Positions 1-9,896 of a stretch of 64,000 nt of DNA are shown piece by piece. Each line of letters opens with the position of its first letter. The first letter of the stretch is position 1. A program made the position numbers and the translations under genes. The notes beneath the pieces were generated by a model. That model worked only from the letters and a program-made list of their open reading frames with translations. It was not told where the DNA came from and ran no database searches. The DNA is from an uncultured Gammaproteobacteria bacterium (GTDB taxonomy: Bacteria; Patescibacteriota; Microgenomatia; Levybacterales; UBA12049), in NCBI GenBank assembly GCA_964637955.1, contig CAZWXQ010000004.1, positions 11,368 through 75,367 on the forward strand. Reading direction: 5' to 3'.

Positions 1-216
1 CGCTCCTCTATTCTTAGCATTACTGTCTACAGAAAAAGTAAATGCTTTATCAAGTAAGTTTCTATCGTGAGTTTTAGCGAGTTTAATATACAATCCTCTG
101 TGCTTATAATCATCCAACTCTTCAGCCAAATGCATTCCATATGCCTGAAACTCTCGCGAAATATGCTTATCTACCTTAGGGTCATATTTTTCTAAAATGG
201 AACCAATTTTTTTCAC
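1..216 (-). CDS. hypothetical protein, partial (runs off the window edge)
   Basis: Read by hand: GTG at 216, open to position 1 (MKKIGSILEKYDPKVDKHISREFQAYGMHLAEELDD...); TATAAT just upstream. Confidence 0.7.
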   Translation of the reverse strand, partial: MKKIGSILEKYDPKVDKHISREFQAYGMHLAEELDDYKHRGLYIKLAKTHDRNLLDKAFTFSVDSNAKNRGA

Positions 217-232
217 TAAATTATTATATCAA

Positions 233-1188
233 TTAAACTCCTGGAGTTGGAGCTTGAGGTGCAAGCGGAGTGCTGGAAGCAGGAGCTGCATCAACTTTAT
301 CTGGCTGTGAAAGATTAGGTTCGGCTTGATAAGTATTTGCATCTTGAGGAGCTTGCGCCTTCAGAACCAATTCTTCAGCATGATCGAGGGCGTACTGTAT
401 TTTGCGCTGAGCTAAATCCACCCATTCACCATCACTCTTTAGTTTACCCCGTGGATCACTGCCACCAATTTGCACACCTTCGCTATTGGGTCCAGACTGA
501 ATAACTGAAAATAAATCAACATCGCGATTATCTACATTACTAACCCTTAATGCAAGCCGACCCCCCAGCTTCCCTAAAATCAATTCATAACCTTCTGGTA
601 GGCTCGGGTCTGTAATTCTAACCCCATCAAATAATCCAGTAAAACCAGGCTTAGGGTCACCATCTGGCACCATTCTACCAGAGGGATCTTTTTTGTAGCT
701 TTGAAAACGGGTGTCATGAGTCGATACTTTAATTGTGCCGTCTTCTGGAGTAGTAAATTCTCCAATGCGATTCTGATGCTCTCTTACTACATGAGAAGCA
801 ACTCTTCCGCTTATCTCTGCTGGGCTTAAATAACCATCTTGAAGCTCTCTACCAGTTCTGTCTATACTAGAAATAATATATCCCGCTCCTCGTCCAAATG
901 GCTGCGTAACAGGAAATTTCTTGGGATCCAATGCTTGCACTAGCTTTCCTCCCAAATCGTAAACAGCATCAAGTTGAGCTGAAACCTCCCTTTCTCTAAG
1001 AACAACACCTTGCTCTGTACGAGCAACAATTTGCTTAACCTCTTCTAGTCTCGCCAAATTCCCTTGGCCGGTTTGAACTTCTGGCCCTTGACTTCTGGCC
1101 CTTGAATTTGAGCATCAAGCGCATCGGGATTTAAAGCTCCTGTTTCTGCTGCAGAAGGTTGTGAAAGATCTCCAAATTGAGTGCTCAT
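233..1188 (-). pseudogene. orphan protein frameshifted by a 14-bp tandem duplication
   Basis: ATG at 1188 behind TTGACA-18-TAAACT; removing one copy of the repeat at 1077-1104 joins it in frame to ORF 233..1057. Confidence 0.75.
1077..1104. repeat. perfect 14-bp tandem duplication ACTTCTGGCCCTTG x2
   Basis: Copies at 1077-1090 and 1091-1104. Confidence 0.95.
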
Positions 1189-1229
1189 TAATTCAAGTTT
1201 ACTAACAATTGCAATTGAGTGTCAATAAT

Positions 1230-1844
1230 TTACTTGGTATTATATTGGTTTTGGGCGGACTCAATACCCTTTTCTAGGCCTACACAAAGAGCTTTGGAGC
1301 CTTTTTTTATCATAGTTCTTGCCTTAGAAGCTTCTCCGCCTCTAAAACCGTTTAGAACATATTCGGGAACATCTAAATGTTGCTTATCCATGCCTTCTTT
1401 GTTTTTGGAGAGCCCTATTCCAAGTCTGAATCTCCAAAACTTTTCTGTCCCCAAGGATCCCATTATAGATTCAATTCCGTGATGACCTGCTGCTCCCCCT
1501 CCCTGTCTTATTTTTATAGATCCAAGTGGAAGATCTAATTCATCATAAACCACCCATATGTCTTCGGGTTTAACTTTATAATATTTTGCGATAAAGGAAA
1601 CTGCCATCCCAGAGTTATTCATATAAGTTTGTGGACGCGCTAAGATAATCTTCTCTTCAGTTTTATCTTTACCTACAAAATCCATAACATAAATTTCACT
1701 TTTTAATTTTTCGCTTTTATCCCAATTAGATTTATTTACGGGCTCTAAATCTTTTAGGAGATGTTCGAGGACCATGAAGCCAACATTATGACGGGTAGAT
1801 TCATATTTAACACCGGGGTTTCCCAAACCAACGATTAGTTTCAT
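1230..1844 (-). CDS. pth: peptidyl-tRNA hydrolase
   Basis: LIVGLGNPG, TRHNVGF, PQTYMNNSG, GHHG motifs. Confidence 0.97.
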   Translation of the reverse strand: MKLIVGLGNPGVKYESTRHNVGFMVLEHLLKDLEPVNKSNWDKSEKLKSEIYVMDFVGKDKTEEKIILARPQTYMNNSGMAVSFIAKYYKVKPEDIWVVYDELDLPLGSIKIRQGGGAAGHHGIESIMGSLGTEKFWRFRLGIGLSKNKEGMDKQHLDVPEYVLNGFRGGEASKARTMIKKGSKALCVGLEKGIESAQNQYNTK

Positions 1845-1924
1845 ATTAAGTTAGGGTGATTATACCACGAATAATTATTAATTTTCAGCTTCAATATTTT
1901 TAGATTCATTTCAAATTGAAAATT

Positions 1925-2335
1925 TTACTTGTAGGAATCTTTAACTTGAAAAAGTGGATAAAGAAATAAAAATCCGAGAATAAATGAAGGGGAAAGTGTA
2001 ATAAGAGCTGAGATTACCCATAAAATCTGACTCCAAAACAAAAGATTCCAACCTCTTTTATTCTTTTTTCTCAAGTGTCTAAAAGCAAAAAGCATAAGAA
2101 GTCCTTCAAGAACCCCAATAACATTCACAATCATTAACTTCTGGAAAACTCCTGTCCCCTGAGTACTAAATAAATTTAAAAAGGGAGTGCCAACAATATC
2201 CATTACTGATGCGAATGTGATGAGTGCACCAAAAACCAAAGCGATGATTGGAAGAATTCTTACAATAAAATACCGGAGTTCAGTTCCGATATTTGGGAGT
2301 TTAGCATAAAAAGTCTCGAATAAATTAATTACCAT
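1925..2335 (-). CDS. small multi-pass membrane protein
   Basis: Hydrophobic ORF; ATG at 2335 preferred over TTG at 2371. Confidence 0.7.
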   Translation of the reverse strand: MVINLFETFYAKLPNIGTELRYFIVRILPIIALVFGALITFASVMDIVGTPFLNLFSTQGTGVFQKLMIVNVIGVLEGLLMLFAFRHLRKKNKRGWNLLFWSQILWVISALITLSPSFILGFLFLYPLFQVKDSYK

Positions 2336-2419
2336 GAATTTAATTTTATAAAAGCCGAGGGATAAATTCAACGTGTCTCTCAGAATCTTCAGCGAAATAG
2401 AATAAACCTAATTCAAAGG

Positions 2420-3613
2420 TCAGCTTTCTGCTAATTTTATTATTTCCGCATCAGTTAGCGGCCTTCGGACATCATTTGCAAATCCTTTTACTCTAGATGT
2501 AAATGTTACAGAATCACCAATTTCTAATCCTAATTCTTCTGCCTTTTTCATAATTCCGTTGTGCCCCGACTCTGCTCCAATACTTATTTTTGATCCTGAA
2601 ATTCCAAATGTTTCGGGAGTAAAAATTTCATATGTTTCGGGATTTGCTAAAACTCCGGCAGCATGAATTCCTGATTCATGTGCAAAAGCATTTCTTCCTA
2701 CAATTGATTTATTTGGTGCAATAGCCATACCTGTTATTTCTTCAACAAACTTACTAGCATCAAAAATTATTCTAGGGTTGACGCTAATTATAGGTATTTT
2801 CCCCTGATCCTCAAAATTTTTGGGAAAACCAATTAGATTTGCTACTACTTCTTCCAAAGATGCATTTCCGGCTCTTTCGCCAATTCCATTAATAGTTACT
2901 TCAACTTGCCTTGCTCCGCTTCGTATTCCTTCAAGAGTATTTATTACAGCTAAACCCCGGTCATCGTGACAATGAGTCGAAATACTTACTATTCCCTTTC
3001 CCATCCTTTGATCAACACCTGATTTAATAAAACTAATAAGTCTAGCGTATTCCCTAGGTGATGCAAAGCCTACTGTATCTGGAATATTTATCGTAGTTGC
3101 ACCAGCCTCTACAGCTTCAAGAACAACTCGAATTAAAAACTGTGGATCTGATCTAGTGGCGTCTTCTGCTGAAAATTCTACGTCCTGAGTATAATTTTTT
3201 GCTCTTGTCACGGCTTCTATAGCTCTTTGAATCACCTGCTCTGGAGTCATTCTTAATTTGTCTCTCATGTGAATTTCGCTTGTAGCAATAAAAGTGTGAA
3301 TCCTTGCTCCACCTCTATCTTTTGCAGGCTCTACCGCATCCCAAGCTCTATCGATATCCCCTGCATTTGCTCGAGCTAAAGCCGCAATTACTGGCCCTTC
3401 TAATTCTGATGCAATTTCATGAACTGATTCAAATCTTTCTTGATTTGATGCAGGGAATCCAGCCTCAATTACGTCAACACCAGTTCTCTCAAGTATTTTT
3501 GCAAGTTCAAATCTTTGCTCTGGATCGACATTCACCCCAGGAGATTGGAATCCATCCCTTAAAGTGGTATCAAGTATTTTTATTCTGGTTTGATTATCTT
3601 CAATTCTTTCCAT
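2420..3613 (-). CDS. leuA: 2-isopropylmalate synthase, short form without C-terminal regulatory domain
   Basis: [28 protein letters not shown] motifs; start set to ATG 3613 just after the attenuator terminator. Confidence 0.85.
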   Translation of the reverse strand: MERIEDNQTRIKILDTTLRDGFQSPGVNVDPEQRFELAKILERTGVDVIEAGFPASNQERFESVHEIASELEGPVIAALARANAGDIDRAWDAVEPAKDRGGARIHTFIATSEIHMRDKLRMTPEQVIQRAIEAVTRAKNYTQDVEFSAEDATRSDPQFLIRVVLEAVEAGATTINIPDTVGFASPREYARLISFIKSGVDQRMGKGIVSISTHCHDDRGLAVINTLEGIRSGARQVEVTINGIGERAGNASLEEVVANLIGFPKNFEDQGKIPIISVNPRIIFDASKFVEEITGMAIAPNKSIVGRNAFAHESGIHAAGVLANPETYEIFTPETFGISGSKISIGAESGHNGIMKKAEELGLEIGDSVTFTSRVKGFANDVRRPLTDAEIIKLAES

Positions 3614-3634
3614 AAAAAAACCGCCTTTCGGCGG
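3614..3634 (-). terminator. attenuator terminator of the leu leader
   Basis: CCGCC-GAAA-GGCGG-TTTTTTT directly before leuA ATG. Confidence 0.9.
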
Positions 3635-3661
3635 GTACTTAAACAACAAAGCACATCCGCC

Positions 3662-3721
3662 TCAGGCGAATCTAAGAAGAAGTGTTGAATTACTTATATT
3701 ATGTGATAATTTTCTAGTCAT
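3662..3721 (-). CDS. leucine leader peptide MTRKLSHNISNSTLLLRFA
   Basis: 19 codons with three tandem CTT codons, followed by alternative hairpins and terminator. Confidence 0.88.
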   Translation of the reverse strand: MTRKLSHNISNSTLLLRFA

Positions 3722-3728
3722 AACTAAC

Positions 3729-3757
3729 AAAATACAATACCGGAATTAATTTGTCAA
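3729..3757 (-). promoter_or_regulatory. sigma70 promoter of the leu leader
   Basis: TTGACA-17-TATTTT, 7 nt before leader ATG. Confidence 0.75.
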
Positions 3758-5068
3758 TTAAAGTAAGCTTTCCTGCTCTACTTTTTCATCCCCTGAACTC
3801 TGCTTTGCAGAATCAATTTTTACTACACCAAATTCTCCATCATATCCTGGAGAAATGGAAATATTTCCATTTCTTACCTTGAGAATTGCATCTGCGATAT
3901 TTTTTCCTGCGACTTTTTCTATTTTATCAATCGGAGTTTTTAAAAGAATTTCAAACTCTGGAGCAATATTTTCAATCATATTTTCAAACATCGCAATTAC
4001 TTTCACGCTGGCTGGAGCCACATGCATCGTCTCAGCAATTATTTCATTTAGTGGAACCAGCTTTGCAAAAGGAGGATGATTCTTTGCAGGATCAGCGATC
4101 CATTTCACTCCACTCTTACCTGTATTCTCCGCTACTTTTTCAGGACTTTTCGCTAAGTCTTCAACCCGCTCCATTACCCCAATCGTTAAACCACGACCAC
4201 AAACAGGACAAGTAGTTCCCTTTAATTTGGTGTCTTCTGGGGAATAAACAATCTTACAATTCCTGTGTCCTGTGTAATGATATTTACCTTCTTCGGGATA
4301 AAATTCAATGGTATAAGCAATTCTATTTTCCCCACCTTTTCGCATAATTGCACGTTTTATATTTTCAAAGCTCAAATCCTCAAGCTCAAAAACTGTACTC
4401 TCTCTTCCCATTTTGATGGGACTATGTGAATCTGAAAATGAAAGAATCGAGCGTTTTTCAAGCTCTGGAATTCTCCAGTTCATAGCTGGATCTGAAGACA
4501 AACCCGTTTCAATTCCATAAATATACTTACTCATATCTCCAAAGCATTCATCTATGGAATCGAATCCTGACATAGAGCCATAAAGAGAAAACCAGGGTGT
4601 CCAAACGTGACAAGGAATAAGAAAACTTCGATCATCAATTTCCATTAACATTTCTAAAAGATCTGGAGGTTTTATGCCGACAATAGGTCTTCCATCTGAC
4701 CTCAGATTCGCTCCCCTTTTCTGCAAAGCAGAATTGAATTTTTCCGCAGTTTCAATATTGGGAACAAATAAAAGACAGTGAATTCTGTGGGCTTTTCCAG
4801 CCTGAGAATAAATACTACTTACTTCAACTGAAAGAATAAATTTCGGATCCAACTCATCAGTAGAATTTTTAAGTGAATAGACTCCATCTCCTGACTCCTG
4901 CAGATTACTTTTAATTTCACGAATCCACATTGGATGTGTCCAATCCCCTGTCGTTAAAAGCCTCATTCCTTTTTGGCGGGCGAACTTCTTCATCACAGAA
5001 AGAGTCATATTCTGAGAAACAGCGCGTGAGTATTTACTATGTAAATGCAGGTCTGCTATGACTTCCAC
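3758..5068 (-). CDS. PHP-domain endonuclease Q family protein (TIGR00375-like)
   Basis: DLHLHSKYSRA, TGDWTHP, SDSHS, GKYHYTGHR, CPVCG, PGYDGEFG. Confidence 0.88.
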   Translation of the reverse strand: MEVIADLHLHSKYSRAVSQNMTLSVMKKFARQKGMRLLTTGDWTHPMWIREIKSNLQESGDGVYSLKNSTDELDPKFILSVEVSSIYSQAGKAHRIHCLLFVPNIETAEKFNSALQKRGANLRSDGRPIVGIKPPDLLEMLMEIDDRSFLIPCHVWTPWFSLYGSMSGFDSIDECFGDMSKYIYGIETGLSSDPAMNWRIPELEKRSILSFSDSHSPIKMGRESTVFELEDLSFENIKRAIMRKGGENRIAYTIEFYPEEGKYHYTGHRNCKIVYSPEDTKLKGTTCPVCGRGLTIGVMERVEDLAKSPEKVAENTGKSGVKWIADPAKNHPPFAKLVPLNEIIAETMHVAPASVKVIAMFENMIENIAPEFEILLKTPIDKIEKVAGKNIADAILKVRNGNISISPGYDGEFGVVKIDSAKQSSGDEKVEQESLL

Positions 5069-5072
5069 GAAG

Positions 5073-5528
5073 TCATTCTACCACAGGTTCTTGTTTTTTT
5101 GAGATATCTAAAACATCAAAAGGAGCTGTCATCTGACCTTCATATTCCTCATGAAGATCTGCTGCTCTATCTCGCAATTGTATTGGGGTAAATCCTGTTA
5201 ATTGTTTTACTTCATCTTCAATTCCTTGAAGATAATTTCTATACCTTTCAATTTTTCCATCAGCTAATTCAGTTACACTATTAGCACGTCTTACTCTTTC
5301 CCTACCCTCTTCATCAATGTAATCAATATGATCTGCTGCTTTCCAACTCTCTAGCAAGCTCCCAACTCTTCCGTTCTCAATACCTTTTAACTTATCTGAA
5401 AAATCAACTGCTGAAATTCCTAACCATGGTCCTATTCTTTGCTCGCCAACACTTATTCCCATAAACCATTCCATTGGTGGTTGAACTACTTCTGCTTCTC
5501 TCTGAGGACTTGTATCCGGACTTGTCAT
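5073..5528 (-). CDS. hypothetical protein
   Basis: 151-aa ORF with TATAAT 8 nt upstream. Confidence 0.7.
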   Translation of the reverse strand: MTSPDTSPQREAEVVQPPMEWFMGISVGEQRIGPWLGISAVDFSDKLKGIENGRVGSLLESWKAADHIDYIDEEGRERVRRANSVTELADGKIERYRNYLQGIEDEVKQLTGFTPIQLRDRAADLHEEYEGQMTAPFDVLDISKKQEPVVE

Positions 5529-5568
5529 AGCGATGAATTATATAAATTATCTGAAGCTAAAGCAATAA

Positions 5569-5904
5569 TTATGTTGAAGTAGATCTTTTACCCTCCCTGA
5601 TGCCATCTTTTATTTGTGTGAGTCTCATTCTTCTTGCAATGCTCATTCCAGCCTCAAATCTAGCTAATCTCTGCGCTTCTTTTTGCCTAGCACTTTCTAT
5701 TCTCAGCCTTTCTCTAGTTCTTAAAAGTGCATCATTTTCCTGCTGAGTTGGAATTGATGTAGCATTTACCAAGCTTGGCTTCTGAAATCTTGCTTTTAAA
5801 TTTCCTATCCAACCACTTTTGCTCGATTCAATCTTTGGGATCTGTAGTGTTGGCTTATTATCAACTGTTACTTGAGGAACACCTTCAAACGTTGCGTCGG
5901 TCAT
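5569..5904 (-). CDS. hypothetical protein
   Basis: 111-aa ORF, basic helical C-terminus. Confidence 0.65.
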   Translation of the reverse strand: MTDATFEGVPQVTVDNKPTLQIPKIESSKSGWIGNLKARFQKPSLVNATSIPTQQENDALLRTRERLRIESARQKEAQRLARFEAGMSIARRMRLTQIKDGIREGKRSTST

Positions 5905-5940
5905 AATATAACCGTATCAGAAAAAACTTTTTAAAACAAT

Positions 5941-6402
5941 TTAAATAATCTTTTCTAGAGTAATGTCAACATCTTTAAATCCATTTTTTCTATAAAATTC
6001 CAAAGCCATATTATTTTTCAAATAAGTTGTAACATAAACCTTTTTTATGCCTTTCTCATTTACCAAATTTACGAGCTCTGAAATAAGCATTCCTCCAATT
6101 CCTTGATGACGAGATTTGGGACTAACTCCCATATTTTCCAGATATACTGATTTCCCTTTTCTATATTCAACTTCTCTTTCCTCTGCAACTAGATATCCAA
6201 CAGGATTTTCATCTTCTTCTGCTATTAACACATATGAATTTTCAATTCCCAATAAATCAGAAAAATATTTATTCCCTTTTTCAGATAGAGGCCAATCTAA
6301 ATCTAATCCCGAATCATACTTCTGAGTCTCAATAAATAATTCATTGTTTAATTTTTGGAGACTTAAAATATCTTCTTTTCCTGCAGGTCGAATCTTTATC
6401 AT
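5941..6402 (-). CDS. GNAT family N-acetyltransferase
   Basis: VSPKSRHQGIG motif A, NNMALEFYRKNGF motif B. Confidence 0.9.
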   Translation of the reverse strand: MIKIRPAGKEDILSLQKLNNELFIETQKYDSGLDLDWPLSEKGNKYFSDLLGIENSYVLIAEEDENPVGYLVAEEREVEYRKGKSVYLENMGVSPKSRHQGIGGMLISELVNLVNEKGIKKVYVTTYLKNNMALEFYRKNGFKDVDITLEKII

Positions 6403-6485
6403 TTGAGGATTATTCTAACACAATATTTAAGGTTTAGGTCTTACCCAAAGTTAACAAAAAAAATAAGGCTTAAAAACAAAGGTGT

Positions 6486-7103
6486 TTAAGAAGGTTTATT
6501 CACATGCGCAACTCTAAATGCAACTGTATCATAACGCTCCCAACCACGCGAAGGCATCGTCCAGCTACTTATCACTTTTGGCTCGAGATTTCCCCGTCTG
6601 ACTCCAAGAACATACGGATGAACCTTTTGAAATTCTCTATTCAGTACATCTACTGGCTCCATAAGAAAATTAACAGAGCTTCCTCCTCTCATCTCATTGC
6701 CATGTTGAATAGCATATTGGAGCGCTGTTTCTCCTGGTACTAGAGCATGCCTTCTTTCTCGTAATGCCTGCAATAACTCATCAAACACCGCAAGTCTACC
6801 CTTAGGATTTGGGACTAAATCTTTTACATTTATTAGGCCTATCCGCAAATCAAGAGGATCTTGCAAAGTGGTAAAATTAGGATCTTCTATCAAGTCTTTT
6901 GCCGCAAAATGAACATAAATTCCTTTCATCATACATTCCTCTAGGAGATCTTCTTTAGATTTACCCCCTATTCTTACAGGAACCACTGCCTTAACTCCTT
7001 CGAGCGATAAATCAAGATTGGGAACATCTGAAGCGATAATCAAATCTTTTCCAGGGAGAACACCACCAGATCCATCCATTTTAAGAGTTTCGTAATAATT
7101 CAT
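6486..7103 (-). CDS. hypothetical protein
   Basis: ORF 6486..7127; second Met (7103) lies 6 nt after TATAAT. Confidence 0.65.
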   Translation of the reverse strand: MNYYETLKMDGSGGVLPGKDLIIASDVPNLDLSLEGVKAVVPVRIGGKSKEDLLEECMMKGIYVHFAAKDLIEDPNFTTLQDPLDLRIGLINVKDLVPNPKGRLAVFDELLQALRERRHALVPGETALQYAIQHGNEMRGGSSVNFLMEPVDVLNREFQKVHPYVLGVRRGNLEPKVISSWTMPSRGWERYDTVAFRVAHVNKPS

Positions 7104-7198
7104 GGCTGGAATTATATCCCATAGCATTTATATTGTCAAATAATTTCTTCTTATACTGAATCTCAAAGAGGCGTTTTATTTCTTTAAAACATTTGTAT

Positions 7199-8035
7199 CT
7201 ATGGCTGACCTTTATCCATCTCCCTATAATGTGCATAAATACTTGGAATTAATGCTGGAATCTGCTCGCCTGTCTCCTTAAGCCTTCCCCCTTTAAAAAC
7301 ACTTGGTACATTATCAGGCGTTCGAAAAAAAGACCAGCTTAAAGTCTGCTCTGATCGATAAAAAGTTTCATGTTTTACAATAGCATCTCTTTCCAAATTA
7401 GATACATACTTTAAATCATCTTCTGTAAGTGCATCTTCCAATGTTTTCAAATCTGGTAAAAAAGTAGTTATGCGAAGATTTGGATAAAAACCCATAAGGA
7501 TTCTTCTTGCATGATCAGTTAAAGTTGTTAAATATACGTGTTTTTCTTTATGTGGAGGCAGTTTATCAAATAAGTCTCTTAGTTGTTTTCTAGATATCGA
7601 CCAGTCATCAACCACTGCAACTGGCCTTTTTGGAACACTAACGCTAAGGTCAGAAATTCCTGAAGGAAGAACTCCTGATGAGCGGATTGCAAATTTAGAA
7701 GAAGGCGGCTTAATACCTAATGCCAATAATCTTTGGTAAATCCAGCTTGAACTCTTGTCGTGGCCATACATTAAGAGCGAGTAATCTCTTTCAGCCCAAT
7801 CAGTATTAACTTTTTCTGCCATTTGCTCTAAAGACTTATTAAATGTGGCTTCATCGATATACGTTGTGGCATCAACAACCCTATTTAAAAATCCATCTGG
7901 AGCTCCCCTGTCGCGATGAAAAGCTTCAAAAGCAGCAGCGGTCTCATCTGAAATCGGCAATTTTTTCTCTTGGATTCTTTGGACAAATTCCGATTTAGAT
8001 ACCTGTCCATCTTCATAACTAACCGCATCGATCAT
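7199..8035 (-). CDS. hypothetical protein with PRTase-like motif
   Basis: 278 aa; VAVVDDWSIS resembles a PRPP-binding loop. Confidence 0.6.
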   Translation of the reverse strand: MIDAVSYEDGQVSKSEFVQRIQEKKLPISDETAAAFEAFHRDRGAPDGFLNRVVDATTYIDEATFNKSLEQMAEKVNTDWAERDYSLLMYGHDKSSSWIYQRLLALGIKPPSSKFAIRSSGVLPSGISDLSVSVPKRPVAVVDDWSISRKQLRDLFDKLPPHKEKHVYLTTLTDHARRILMGFYPNLRITTFLPDLKTLEDALTEDDLKYVSNLERDAIVKHETFYRSEQTLSWSFFRTPDNVPSVFKGGRLKETGEQIPALIPSIYAHYREMDKGQP

Positions 8036-8057
8036 AAAATAATTTCCTTACTTACGT

Positions 8058-8160
8058 CTATTTCTTTTTATATTGGATTTCGAAGAGACGTTTTATTTCC
8101 TTGACGTCAGTAGCACCCGCCTGCAACGCTTTGCATAGCAATGCGGGCAGGTCTTCTGGC
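8058..8160 (-). pseudogene. remnant second 3' end of the DNA ligase gene
   Basis: Encodes PED..ATDVKEIKRLFEIQYKKK* versus ligase end AEQSTTVDEIKRLFELQYVKKK*. Confidence 0.8.
8116..8151. repeat. 36-bp REP-like palindrome
   Basis: CCTGCCCGCATTGCTATGCAAAGCGTTGCAGGCGGG on minus strand; GC-rich imperfect hairpin. Confidence 0.75.
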
Positions 8161-9888
8161 TTACTTTTTCTTAACATATTGTAATTCAAACAATCTCTTA
8201 ATCTCATCAACTGTTGTGGATTGTTCAGCTCTCTTATCTGCATCTCGGAAAGAGACTAATCTAGGAAATCTGAGTGCAAAACCGTTTTCTGTTTCTGATT
8301 TACCTGCAGTATGAAGAGGTGAACGAGTAATTTCATCTGCTAAGACTTCTATAACAATCTTGGGCTCAATCCAGACGCTTGGCTCAATCATGGAATTAAC
8401 CCTGGCTGGTTTGTGATTTACTTTAATCTTATCTGCCCTCGCGTGGATTTCCCTCCATTCATCATCAGTTAGACCTGTACCAATGCGAGAAATCGAAACA
8501 AACTCATCACGATCTCTGTCATAAACTCCCACAAGAAGTGCTCCTGCACCAAACTCCGTCCTCTTCCCTTTTCCTACGATGTAGCCTAAGAGAACGCAAT
8601 CAATGGTATCAGAAAGTTCTCCATCAGAATGCTTTTTAAGTTTTACCCAATTAAAATTTCTTCCACCCGCTTCGTATGGGCTTTGGAGTTTTTTGATAAC
8701 CAAACCTTCAAGGCCTTTACTTATCGCGTCATCGAGAAGTCCCTGCAAAATCTTCGGATCTGTCACTGTCTGATTTTTTGTCCTGATCAAAATATCATCT
8801 TCGGGAAGAACTTTATCTAGAATTTTCATGCGCTCTGTAAGTGGTTTATCAAGAAGCTGTTCTCCATCTTTATAGAGAATGTCAAAAACAAAAGCCTTTA
8901 GAGGAAGAGCTTTTTGCGCCTCTTCAATTCCATGTTTTCTTCGTCTTTTTGTAGTCTCCTGGAATGGCAAAAATTCTTCAGACTCTGGATTATAAGCTAG
9001 GGCTTCTGAATCTAGAATTATAGTTTTGGCTTTAATTTGCTTAAGAGTTCCTTCGATTAATTCCGGAAACATATGTGTCATTTCCTCTAGATTTCTACTA
9101 AACATTCTCACCTTATCTCCATCTTTATGAATCTGAACTCTAAATCCATCATATTTATACTGGACATCTACCTCTACCATTTTCTCAATCACTTTTTCAG
9201 GATTTGGAAGACGCTCACAAAGCTCAGATCTGATAGGATTTCCAAGTCTTACTTCGAGTTTGTCTACGGCAGGTAAACCTTTTACCCATAAAGTTTTTGC
9301 AATTAATCCTAGATCAGAAGTTCTGTTATATGCGCCTTCAAGATTTTTTCTATTGGATTTATCACCAAGCTTTGCCGTAGCTAGAGCATCCAGAATCGTC
9401 GGATCTCCAATCCCAAGTCTCGTATTTCCAAGTGGAATTCTGACAAGATGCTTTGCAGAAACACCGTCGACTTTAGAGAGCAAACCAGAAAGTAATGTTT
9501 GTCTTTTTTCAACTGTTCCCTCTCCACTGGTATTGGCGATTTGAGTAAGTATTTCAAAAACTTCAGATACTGTTATATTTGAGGATTTAGAATTACTAAG
9601 TTCTTGTGCTGCTTTTCCCATATCGCCCAATTTATTAAAAAGTGCCAATACTTTTTCTTTATCACTTCCATATGCAATAGCAATAGAACCAGCAACATTC
9701 TTCTCTGCCATTCCAATTTCAATAGGAGCAAAGAAAGGAGCAATGCGACCTTGAATCAAATAAACAATCTCTTCTATTTCATCATTTGGAGTTTTTTTAA
9801 AAAGCTCTGACAATATTTCAATAAGAGACAAACGCGACGATGTCGCTTCTAACTTTTCTAGATACTGCGAGAATTCACTAAATTTCAT
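8161..9888 (-). CDS. lig: ATP-dependent DNA ligase (archaeal/eukaryotic type)
   Basis: KYDGFR adenylation motif, EGLVIK, WVKLK, ALRFPR. Confidence 0.95.
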   Translation of the reverse strand: MKFSEFSQYLEKLEATSSRLSLIEILSELFKKTPNDEIEEIVYLIQGRIAPFFAPIEIGMAEKNVAGSIAIAYGSDKEKVLALFNKLGDMGKAAQELSNSKSSNITVSEVFEILTQIANTSGEGTVEKRQTLLSGLLSKVDGVSAKHLVRIPLGNTRLGIGDPTILDALATAKLGDKSNRKNLEGAYNRTSDLGLIAKTLWVKGLPAVDKLEVRLGNPIRSELCERLPNPEKVIEKMVEVDVQYKYDGFRVQIHKDGDKVRMFSRNLEEMTHMFPELIEGTLKQIKAKTIILDSEALAYNPESEEFLPFQETTKRRRKHGIEEAQKALPLKAFVFDILYKDGEQLLDKPLTERMKILDKVLPEDDILIRTKNQTVTDPKILQGLLDDAISKGLEGLVIKKLQSPYEAGGRNFNWVKLKKHSDGELSDTIDCVLLGYIVGKGKRTEFGAGALLVGVYDRDRDEFVSISRIGTGLTDDEWREIHARADKIKVNHKPARVNSMIEPSVWIEPKIVIEVLADEITRSPLHTAGKSETENGFALRFPRLVSFRDADKRAEQSTTVDEIKRLFELQYVKKK

Positions 9889-9896
9889 ATTTATCT

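Noticed and set aside
3614-3649. TTG-extended N-terminus of leuA (MLFKYPPKGGFF)
   Set aside because: It is the translated terminator hairpin; the same applies to the 48197-48244 extension of DUF4430
8058-8243. 61-aa ORF as an independent gene
   Set aside because: Its first part is an off-frame overlap with ligase; the rest is a duplicated ligase tail plus palindrome
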